From Myxococcota bacterium (GTDB taxonomy: Bacteria > Myxococcota > UBA4151): a stretch of 36,437 bases of DNA. Below, in pieces: positions 8,619-16,226 of this stretch. Positions within the stretch are counted from its first letter, which is position 1. Each line of letters starts with the position of its first letter. The position numbers were made by a program, and so were the translations under genes. The notes below the pieces were generated by a model. It made no database searches, had not been told where the DNA came from, and worked only from the letters and a program-made list of their open reading frames with translations. The DNA lies in NCBI GenBank assembly GCA_036338695.1, contig JAYZBQ010000047.1, positions 1-36,437 on the forward strand, written 5' to 3'.

Positions 8619-9262
8619 TGCGCCTCTTCCTGCTCACGCTCACCCTCGCGCTCACAGCCTGCGGCGATGATGAGGGCTCGTCCGGCGCTTCGCCAAGCAA
8701 CGCGAACCGCCCGAACAACAACAACAACAACGGGAATGCAGGGCCAAACAACGCCGCACCCCAAGCGAGCAATGCGCCCGAGAAGGCGAAAGAAGAAGAA
8801 GCCTTCGTCTACCGCTCCGATGGGGTCCGAGACCCCTTCGCGCCCTTCATCGTCAACGTGACCGACGACGACCCCAAGGAGCGCTGCGCGCTGTGTGTAC
8901 CGCTCGCTAACCTCACGTTTACCGGCGTGGTCACAGGGATCGCCTCGCCGGTGGCGCTCGTGGAGACCCGTGAGGGCGTGGGTTACTTCGTCCGCCGAGG
9001 CTCCGAGCTCGGCGCCAACGGCGGGCGCGTCATCGACATCCGAGAGGGGATCATCCTGCTGCGAGAGCGCTTTCAAGACCAGCTCGGCAGGATCTCTGTC
9101 GTCGATCGCTCCCTGCGTATCCGCTCGGAAGACCCGATGGCTTCGAAACCCTCAGAGGATGAGCTCATCGAGACCTCTGACCCCCGCCCCGCCAACGACA
9201 ACTCAGCGCCCTCCGAGGAGGAGCGCGTAAAGAAAACTTCGGGACCGGCCGATGAACTCTAG
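8615..9262 (+). CDS. pilP: Type IV pilus lipoprotein PilP
   Basis: Lipobox LTAC, FVYRSDGVRDPF motif, ALVETREGVGYFVRRGSELGANGGRVIDI beta-domain. Confidence 0.9.
   Translation: MMRLFLLTLTLALTACGDDEGSSGASPSNANRPNNNNNNGNAGPNNAAPQASNAPEKAKEEEAFVYRSDGVRDPFAPFIVNVTDDDPKERCALCVPLANLTFTGVVTGIASPVALVETREGVGYFVRRGSELGANGGRVIDIREGIILLRERFQDQLGRISVVDRSLRIRSEDPMASKPSEDELIETSDPRPANDNSAPSEEERVKKTSGPADEL
8714..8731 (+). repeat. (AAC)6 in-frame trinucleotide repeat encoding poly-Asn in the PilP N-terminal tether
   Basis: aacaacaacaacaacaac read directly. Confidence 0.9.
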
Positions 9263-9274
9263 AAGGAGGTTTCG

Positions 9275-11794
9275 GTGACCACAGCTCGACACATCGCGCT
9301 CTTTAGCTTCATCAGCCTTGGCTGGGCGATCAGCTCGGCGAGTGCGCAAGATCAGCCGCGCTATGACCACTGGCACTGGAGCACCAGTAAAGGCAACGCG
9401 CACCTAATCGGCGGCGTCGCCGTCGTCGAAGACCAAGGCGACCTGCGGGTCGTAGTGCGGGGCAACGCCCAGTTTCGAAGGATCGGGCTGATGCGTCTCG
9501 CCAAGCCGGAGCGCCTGATCATCGATCTCCCCGGTGTGCGGCGCCCACGGCGTGTCCAACCCATTGTCCAAGCCGGCACCCTCGCAAGCGGAGTCCGTAT
9601 GAGCCGCAACAGCGGGGTCTTACGCATCGTCGTCGACCTGAGCAACGAGCCGTGGCTGTACACGGAGTCCAAAGCCCTTGGAAACGGCTTTGAGGTCCGC
9701 CTCAAGCGCCCCAACCAGCCGATCGCCCGGCTCCAAGAACCGGCTCAAGAGGCGATCAAAATGGTCGACGCGCGGCTCAAAGACCATGGCTCGTTCGTGC
9801 GCGCAACGATCGCCTTTGATCGTGAGGCTCGCTTCTTGCGCGACCCCAACGAAGGCAGCCTGCGCTCGCTACGGATCCCGAAGTGCTCCATTCCGGACGC
9901 GTTGATTCAAGGTCAAGATATCGGCTCAGAGCGCGCGCCGCTTCAGAGCCTCTCAACCTTTAGAGATCGCAAGATCGCCGATCAATGCCGCGTCCTGATC
10001 GACGTCGCAGCGGGCGCCGAAGACGCCGTCTGGACCCAAGGCAAGCGCCTTTTCTGGGACATCCGCTTTGCCCCGAAGGTCGCTCAGCGCGTCGCCGCCG
10101 AAGAGGACGACACCGAGGTCGAGGACGCGCCGGAAGAGTTTGAAGACGACCCTGCCTCAGATACCGGCGAGGAAGAAGAGGACGACGAGGAAGAAGAAGA
10201 AGGCGACGAAGAGGACGACGAGGAAGAAGAAGAAGAAGGCGACGAAGAGGACGACGAGGAAGAAGAAGAAGGCGACGAAGAAGGCGACGAAGAGGAAGAA
10301 GAAGGCGACGAGGAAGACGAAGAGGAAGGCGACGAAGAGGATGATGAAGACGACGACGAAGAATTCGAGGACGACGAAGAATTCGAAGACGAAGAAGACG
10401 ATCAGTTTACGCTGACCGCCGACCGACGCATCACCCTCGACACCCAAGGCGCCGACATCATCAACGTCCTTCGGCTGATCTCAGAGGTCGCTGGTATTAA
10501 CATCATCGCCTCCGATGAGGTCAAAGGACGCATCAGCTTACGCTTGCGCAATGTGCCTTGGCAGGATGCGCTCAAGGTGGTCCTGCGCGTCAAAGGGCTC
10601 GGCGCAGTCCGTGACTCCATCGACACCGAGAACACCACGAGTACGATCGCAACCAGCCGCGACGAGATGCTCAAAGAGCAGAGCAAAGCTCGGCGTCAGG
10701 TCAACATTATCCGGATCGATACGCTGGAGAACCTGCAAGCCGAGGCGAAAGCCAAAGCCGACCTCAAGAAGACCATCGAAGAGGGCGTTCCAACCAAGGT
10801 TCAGATGTTCGCCATCAATTACGGCGCCGCAGCGGACCTCGCCGGTCACGTCGAGAAGCTCGTCGGTGAGCGCGGCCGCGTTCAGGTGGATGAGCGCACC
10901 AACTATCTGATCGTCGAGGCGACGCCGAACAACTTGGTTCAGGTAGAGGCGGTGCTCAAAGAGCTCGACATCAAAACCGATCAGGTGTTGATCGAGGCGC
11001 GCATGGTCGAGGCCAGCACAAGCTTTGTTCGCTCGCTCGGTGTCCAGTGGCAGCCCTTGTTCTCCATGGCGCCTGCGACGGGTAACGCAACCGGCTTACC
11101 CTTCCCCAACGCTATCACCGGAAACGGCGGCGCAGTTGACAGTGCGAGCTCCGTACAGCCCTTCCCGAACAGCACGCCCTTTGCGGTCAACCTCCCCTCA
11201 AGCGTGGAGACCGGTGCGCTCGGCTTGATCCTTGGGTCAGCAGGTAACGCCCTGACGCTTAACCTGCGCATCAGCGCCGGTGAGACGAACGGTACCGCCA
11301 AAACCATCTCGTCCCCTCGAGTCGTTACCCTCAATCACAAGAAGGCGGAGATCATTCAGGGCGTCGAGATTCAAGTGAGTGAAGTGACCGCTCAGGGTCC
11401 CACGGTCCGCGGGATCCCGGCTGAGCTTCGGCTGGGTGTGACGCCGCACATCAACGCCGACGGTATGATCCAGATGAACATCGACCTGCAAAATGACCGA
11501 CCCGACTTCACTCGCCAGGTCAAGGGTGTGCCCTCCATCGAAAAGAAACAGGCACGCACCGAGGTGATGATCCGAGACGGTGACACCAGCGTGATCGGCG
11601 GCGTCTACACTCGCAACATGGCGAACGAGCGCAAAGAGGTCCCCGGTCTGAGCAAGCTCCCCCTGCTCGGCTACCTCTTCCGCAACGACTTCCAAACCGA
11701 CGAGCGACGAGAGCTGTTGATCTTTATCACCCCCCGATTAATCGATAAGCTGCGACAGCAGGCGGGGATGGATGCAGCCGAGGACGAGCAATAA
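9275..11794 (+). CDS. pilQ: Type IV pilus secretin PilQ with AMIN-like domains and a long acidic linker
   Basis: AGGAGG then GTG start; signal peptide; AMIN-like RLIIDLPG/LRIVVDL; N0 RITLDTQGADIINVLRLISEV; N3 VQVDERTNYLIV; secretin QVLIEARMVEA, SPRVVTLN, VPGLSKLPLLGYLFR, RELLIFITPR. Confidence 0.96.
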   Translation: MTTARHIALFSFISLGWAISSASAQDQPRYDHWHWSTSKGNAHLIGGVAVVEDQGDLRVVVRGNAQFRRIGLMRLAKPERLIIDLPGVRRPRRVQPIVQAGTLASGVRMSRNSGVLRIVVDLSNEPWLYTESKALGNGFEVRLKRPNQPIARLQEPAQEAIKMVDARLKDHGSFVRATIAFDREARFLRDPNEGSLRSLRIPKCSIPDALIQGQDIGSERAPLQSLSTFRDRKIADQCRVLIDVAAGAEDAVWTQGKRLFWDIRFAPKVAQRVAAEEDDTEVEDAPEEFEDDPASDTGEEEEDDEEEEEGDEEDDEEEEEEGDEEDDEEEEEGDEEGDEEEEEGDEEDEEEGDEEDDEDDDEEFEDDEEFEDEEDDQFTLTADRRITLDTQGADIINVLRLISEVAGINIIASDEVKGRISLRLRNVPWQDALKVVLRVKGLGAVRDSIDTENTTSTIATSRDEMLKEQSKARRQVNIIRIDTLENLQAEAKAKADLKKTIEEGVPTKVQMFAINYGAAADLAGHVEKLVGERGRVQVDERTNYLIVEATPNNLVQVEAVLKELDIKTDQVLIEARMVEASTSFVRSLGVQWQPLFSMAPATGNATGLPFPNAITGNGGAVDSASSVQPFPNSTPFAVNLPSSVETGALGLILGSAGNALTLNLRISAGETNGTAKTISSPRVVTLNHKKAEIIQGVEIQVSEVTAQGPTVRGIPAELRLGVTPHINADGMIQMNIDLQNDRPDFTRQVKGVPSIEKKQARTEVMIRDGDTSVIGGVYTRNMANERKEVPGLSKLPLLGYLFRNDFQTDERRELLIFITPRLIDKLRQQAGMDAAEDEQ
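10100..10402 (+). repeat. Purine-rich imperfect tandem repeat encoding a 101-aa Asp/Glu tract in PilQ
   Basis: Units such as GAAGAGGACGACGAGGAAGAAGAAGAAGGCGAC (33-36 nt) recur. PilQ aa 276-376 has 83 D/E of 101 residues by hand count. Confidence 0.95.
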
Positions 11795-11804
11795 GGTACA
11801 GACG

Positions 11805-12707
11805 ATGCTACCTTCCCGCACGTGGAGTGCTCCTAGCATGATGGTTCGCGCAGCGCTGCTCCTCGGCCTCATCGGCTGCCCGCAGACGCAACAAGAAGCA
11901 GAAGAAGTGGCGATGACCATCGGCTCGGTGGTCTCAGCGGGTGGCAACTGCAACTGGGACGGCTCCGGTGGTCCGCTCCGCACAGGCCAAATGGACCTCA
12001 TCAGCGTCGCCTCACCCGGCGGCGCCATCGGCCACAGCAGGCGCTACCCCATCGGGGTGCAGTGGGGTCTAAACTCCTCGACGCGCTCAGAAGCCAGCGA
12101 CGAGCCAGGCAGCGCCTTTGGTGACAGCTTTATCACGCTCAAGGACGTTGAGGTTCGGCTCATCTTCGACGACGCTGTCGTGCTCCCACCCACCGACGAG
12201 ACCCGCGCCAATCTCCCGGCGAGCTATGTGGTCCCGACCATGGGGACGCAAGATGTCGGCACGCCGCCGATCGCTGTCTTTGACCTGATCCCAACCTGGG
12301 TGACTCAGCGGTTGGCGCTCGATCGTCAAATTTGGCTCGACACCAGCACGGACTCCAACCTCGGCACGCGTATACCGGCACCCGGTAAGGACTACCTGCT
12401 TGCCACCGAGTTTCGGCTCCGAGGGCTCAACGCAGGAGGTAAAACGGTCGTCTCCAACTGGTTCCGGTGGGTCGTCTCCTTGTGCCGAGGGTGCCGAGTC
12501 AGCTTCACCGGCACGCCACCCATGCGCCCGGCGCCCGGCTTCCCCGGTTTTCCCGGGCATTACGGATCCGATGAGCTGACCCAGCCCGAACCGCTGCCAT
12601 CACGCCCGGGGATCATCAACTGGTGTAACGGCGGGGTCCATCAAGGCGGGTTCGCCAAGGACGTGGTCATGCCGTCTCAACCCCTGCGCCCGAAGGTCTA
12701 CGAATGA
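11805..12707 (+). CDS. Hypothetical lipoprotein downstream of pilQ (paralog 1)
   Basis: Lipobox LIGC after a hydrophobic stretch; start 11805 or 11838; VVSLCRGC motif; Pro-rich tail. Confidence 0.8.
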   Translation: MLPSRTWSAPSMMVRAALLLGLIGCPQTQQEAEEVAMTIGSVVSAGGNCNWDGSGGPLRTGQMDLISVASPGGAIGHSRRYPIGVQWGLNSSTRSEASDEPGSAFGDSFITLKDVEVRLIFDDAVVLPPTDETRANLPASYVVPTMGTQDVGTPPIAVFDLIPTWVTQRLALDRQIWLDTSTDSNLGTRIPAPGKDYLLATEFRLRGLNAGGKTVVSNWFRWVVSLCRGCRVSFTGTPPMRPAPGFPGFPGHYGSDELTQPEPLPSRPGIINWCNGGVHQGGFAKDVVMPSQPLRPKVYE

Positions 12708-14086
12708 AGCGAATGCTGCTCAGCCTGATGATCCTCTCGTCCGGGGCTTGCGATGCGTTGACCGACGCCAGCGAGACCCCGGTCACGACCTCGATCATGA
12801 TCGTCGGCGCAGCCTTGGCGGAGCCCACCTGCGACGTGAGCGCTAGCTCGGATCGGCTGGTGCGCGGTATCTACGATATCAAGGGTGTCGACAGCACCAA
12901 CGGTATCGGCAAGCAGTACACGACCAACCTTATCGTGCGTGACCAGACCCAAGCCGGCGTCGGCTCCAAAAAGCTGATCGTCGAATACGATTTCACCGGT
13001 AACCTCGTTCAACCGACGGCGGCCACGCGCAACGCCCTGCGCGAGTGCGTCGAGCTCGGCGTACCTTTTGGGGGCTGGACCCAAGGCGACGATGGTCAAG
13101 AGCTGCTGGTGGTGACCTCGCCGGTGATCCCGGAGCACGTCACGCAGATCCTCGCCAACGACCCCGCAATCAGCGCCGAGCTCAACCGCACCAGCACGAC
13201 CATGAACACCGTCTCGGGACTCCCTGGCTACTACACAGTCCAGGTTAAGATTCAGGCGCTCAGCCTGGGCTTGAACGGACAGTGGCTCCGGTCTCCCCCG
13301 TATTTTATGACCGTCGACCTGTGCGATGGTTGCCTGACGCGCATTCCCGAGCAGCTCGTCCCAGACCAACCCGACCCGACCTGTATCCCGTACCAAGACC
13401 GCATCTGGCAAAAGCTGACCTACCCGGAGTTCCCCGACCTGACCGCGAAGACCGAAGGGCCGCTCAACGACGGTGACCTCAATATGCCGCTCGAGACGGT
13501 GAACCAAGGCGGCACGGCGACGCTCGGCTCCTTTGGCGCGACCCGCGGCGGTCGCTCGAAGTCGGCGATCTGGCTGGTCACACCCAATCATGACGGCAAG
13601 ACCGAATTCACCTACGCTGGACTCCAAGTCGCAGAGCGAAACCCTTACGCCACCTGCGGCGTCAACAACGTAGTCCCAGGCGAGTCTGAAAAGTGCCTGG
13701 TGCCGACCTACCCACGGGTCTGCGAAGACGGGCGAACACCCTGTAGCAAGGACGAAGACTGCAACGGCGGGAGCTGCACAACGGCGCCGAGCCTGCGCGT
13801 CACCGAAGAGCCAGGCTTCACGCGGCAGTTCGCTTGCGGGACTCCCAGCGAGAACACCAACACGGGCGGTGGCGGCGACGCCGGCCCAGGAGCCGATGGT
13901 GGTCCTCCCCCCCCTGCTGCCGACGGTGGCTTGCCGGTGGTAGCCTGCCTTTACATCGTCTGCGCGGATGTGGATAACGAGGTGCTCGAGTGGAGTCCCG
14001 ACCCAGAGAGTTGGGAAAGCGCAAAGAGCAACTGCACGTGTTACTCCGAAGACTCTGACCTGGCTGAAGATGGCTGCCCACTCTAA
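12704..14086 (+). CDS. Hypothetical Cys-rich lipoprotein (paralog 2) with C-terminal extension
   Basis: MKRMLLSLMILSSGAC lipoprotein signal; ATGA overlap with paralog 1; TVDLCDGC motif; Cys-rich C-terminal half. Confidence 0.85.
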   Translation: MKRMLLSLMILSSGACDALTDASETPVTTSIMIVGAALAEPTCDVSASSDRLVRGIYDIKGVDSTNGIGKQYTTNLIVRDQTQAGVGSKKLIVEYDFTGNLVQPTAATRNALRECVELGVPFGGWTQGDDGQELLVVTSPVIPEHVTQILANDPAISAELNRTSTTMNTVSGLPGYYTVQVKIQALSLGLNGQWLRSPPYFMTVDLCDGCLTRIPEQLVPDQPDPTCIPYQDRIWQKLTYPEFPDLTAKTEGPLNDGDLNMPLETVNQGGTATLGSFGATRGGRSKSAIWLVTPNHDGKTEFTYAGLQVAERNPYATCGVNNVVPGESEKCLVPTYPRVCEDGRTPCSKDEDCNGGSCTTAPSLRVTEEPGFTRQFACGTPSENTNTGGGGDAGPGADGGPPPPAADGGLPVVACLYIVCADVDNEVLEWSPDPESWESAKSNCTCYSEDSDLAEDGCPL

Positions 14087-14303
14087 CTCACCGACGATCC
14101 AGACCGACACCTTGGCGCGCATCCTTGCGGACCAAGGGCACATCGCCGACGCACGAGCGATGCTCAACCACCTCCAAGGCACGACGCCGAACTCAGAACG
14201 AAGCGAGCAGCTTCGCGCGCTCGATGCCGACCAGACCCGCCAAAAAATAGAACGCCTTGAGGCGTTGCTGGCGCATATTCGGTCACAGCGAGAGGATGGC
14301 TGA
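14070..14303 (+). CDS. Small (77 aa) protein resembling the C-terminal module of deltaproteobacterial TPR proteins encoded before roadblock genes
   Basis: TDTLARILADQGHIADARAML...KIERLEALLAHIR. Fills the gap and its stop overlaps the roadblock ATG (TGATG). Family resemblance is from memory. Confidence 0.65.
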   Translation: MAAHSNSPTIQTDTLARILADQGHIADARAMLNHLQGTTPNSERSEQLRALDADQTRQKIERLEALLAHIRSQREDG

Positions 14304-14665
14304 TGTTCGAGCAGACCCTAGCTGAGCTCGTCGACGCCGTAGACGGTGCGCTGATGAGCACGGTGATCGGCTACGACGGCATTGACCTTGGGCGCGCCAT
14401 GACCCCGAAAGTCAAAGGGCAAACGGACAGCCTTGTCGTCGAGACGGCAGCCCTGATGAACCGTATGCGGCAGGTGGCGGAGCAGCTGCGCATGGGGGCG
14501 GTCAAAGAGCTCGCCCTCGAGGCAGAGGCGCTCACGCTGGTCCTCCGACCGGTCGATGAACGCTTTGTGCTCGCGCTGGCGCTCGAGCCTGAAGGCAACC
14601 TCGGGATGGCGCGCTATCAACTAGCGGTCAAAGCGCCCGAATTACGACGCGCGCTCGCCAGCTAA
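14303..14665 (+). CDS. mglC: Roadblock/LC7 domain protein, MglC-like
   Basis: 120 aa; VDGALMSTVIGYDGI, FVLALALEPEGNLGMARYQL; position between pilQ and efp-accB-accC as recalled for myxobacterial mglC. Confidence 0.75.
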   Translation: MFEQTLAELVDAVDGALMSTVIGYDGIDLGRAMTPKVKGQTDSLVVETAALMNRMRQVAEQLRMGAVKELALEAEALTLVLRPVDERFVLALALEPEGNLGMARYQLAVKAPELRRALAS

Positions 14666-14668
14666 ACG

Positions 14669-15127
14669 ATGCGAATCGTCGTCCTGCACGGCCCCAACCT
14701 CAACCGGCTCGGGACCCGTCAGCCCGAGCTCTATGGCACCACGACCCTCGCCGACATCGACTCGATGCTCCACGAGCTAGCAGCTCAACTTAACGTCGAG
14801 CTACAGACCGAACAACACAACGGCGAGGGTGCGCTGATCGATGCGGTCCATCGCGCCGACGTCGCCGACGCCATCCTGATCAACCCAGCGGCTTATACCC
14901 ACACCTCCGTGGCGCTGCGTGATGCCTTGCTCGCGGTCGAGCTGCCGACTTGGTCGGTCCACCTCACCGAGCCGCGCACCCGAGAGCCGTATCGCCAGGT
15001 CGACCTCATCGAAGACCTCTGCGTAGGGCGGACGGCGGGCCGAGGGGCGGCCTCCTACACCGAGGCGCTAAGCGAACTCGTCAATTGGCTGAATACCCGC
15101 GCAAAAAAGCCGCACTTGTCCGCCTGA
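14669..15127 (+). CDS. aroQ: Type II 3-dehydroquinate dehydratase
   Basis: LHGPNLNRLGTRQPELYG, INPAAYTHTSVALRDA. Confidence 0.93.
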   Translation: MRIVVLHGPNLNRLGTRQPELYGTTTLADIDSMLHELAAQLNVELQTEQHNGEGALIDAVHRADVADAILINPAAYTHTSVALRDALLAVELPTWSVHLTEPRTREPYRQVDLIEDLCVGRTAGRGAASYTEALSELVNWLNTRAKKPHLSA

Positions 15128-15175
15128 GCCGCCTGGTTTATCCGCTAGAGGCACAGAGCGCTTGGAGGCTAGCTG

Positions 15176-15739
15176 GTGTACGGTGTTTCCGACTTTCGTC
15201 GCGGTCTAAAGATCCAAATCGACAAGACCCCCTACTCGATTATCGACTTTGAGCACGTCAAGCCCGGTAAAGGCGCTGCGTTCACCCGCACCAAGCTGCG
15301 CGACCTGCGCAGCGGCCGCGTGCTCGAGCATACGTTCCGGTCGGGTGAAAAGATCATCAAACCCGACGTCTTTGAGACCGACATGCAGTACCTCTACAAC
15401 GACGGCGCGGACTTCGTCTTTATGGACTCGAAGACCTATGACCAGGTCGGTGTCAGCACGGACCTCATGGGCGATGACGCCAACTTCCTCCTCGAGGGGA
15501 TGACGGTCAAAGTGGTGATGTTTGAAGGACGAGTGATCGGGGTGGAGCTGCCCAACTTCGTCGTTCTGGAGGTCACCCAATGTGACCCGGCGGTCAAAGG
15601 CGACACGGTCACCGGCGCGACCAAATCAGCGACGGTCGAAACCGGCGCTAGCTTCAACGTTCCGCTCTTCATCAATGAGGGCGACAGCATCAAAGTGGAC
15701 ACCCGCACCGGCGACTATGTCGAACGCTCGAGGAAATAG
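15176..15739 (+). CDS. efp: Translation elongation factor P
   Basis: HVKPGKGAAF, MQYLYNDG, VPLFINEGDSIKVDTRTGDYVER; GGAGG before the GTG. Confidence 0.97.
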   Translation: MYGVSDFRRGLKIQIDKTPYSIIDFEHVKPGKGAAFTRTKLRDLRSGRVLEHTFRSGEKIIKPDVFETDMQYLYNDGADFVFMDSKTYDQVGVSTDLMGDDANFLLEGMTVKVVMFEGRVIGVELPNFVVLEVTQCDPAVKGDTVTGATKSATVETGASFNVPLFINEGDSIKVDTRTGDYVERSRK

Positions 15740-15742
15740 ACG

Positions 15743-16213
15743 ATGAACCTTCGCACCCTTCGCACGATTATCGAACTGTTTGAGGCGTCCTCAGCGGTCG
15801 AGATGGAGCTCGACAACTCAACGATCGGTAAGCTCAAGCTTCGCCGTCCAGAGGCTGGCGGTGTGGCGCCGGCGCCGGCGCGCCTGCCCGAGCTCGCCAG
15901 CGTCGCCCCGGTGGCCGCTGCGAGCCCAAGCGCAGCACCTGCGCCTGCTCAAACGGCAGCGGATGACCCGAGCCTGTCTCAGGTCAACTCACCCTTCGTC
16001 GGGACCTTTTATCGCTCGCCGAACCCAGATTCTGACCCCTTCGTCTCGGTGGGTGATCGCGTCAAAAAGGGTCAGACGGTCTGCATCATCGAAGCGATGA
16101 AGCTGATGAACGAGCTTGAAGCCGAATGCGACGGCGTCGTCGAGGCCATCTTGGTCGAGAACGGCAGCCCCGTCGAACACGGTCAGCCTGTGATCTCCAT
16201 CCGCCCAGCCTAA
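15743..16213 (+). CDS. accB: Acetyl-CoA carboxylase biotin carboxyl carrier protein
   Basis: Ala/Pro linker, [11 protein letters not shown], biotinylation motif [10 protein letters not shown]. Confidence 0.97.
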   Translation: MNLRTLRTIIELFEASSAVEMELDNSTIGKLKLRRPEAGGVAPAPARLPELASVAPVAAASPSAAPAPAQTAADDPSLSQVNSPFVGTFYRSPNPDSDPFVSVGDRVKKGQTVCIIEAMKLMNELEAECDGVVEAILVENGSPVEHGQPVISIRPA

Positions 16214-16226
16214 TCTGGAGCGACTC

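Noticed and set aside
10068..10447. Histone-H1-like Lys/Thr-rich ORF (10068-10415 +) and Phe-rich membrane-like ORF (10157-10447 -)
   Set aside because: Both are the expected alternative-frame and antisense readings of the GAA/GAG/GAC repeat inside pilQ, with no independent coding signals.
12698..14182. 494-aa minus-strand ORF (likewise 33747-34847 +, 17534-18409 -, 18896-19903 -)
   Set aside because: Antisense shadows of well-supported genes on the opposite strand.
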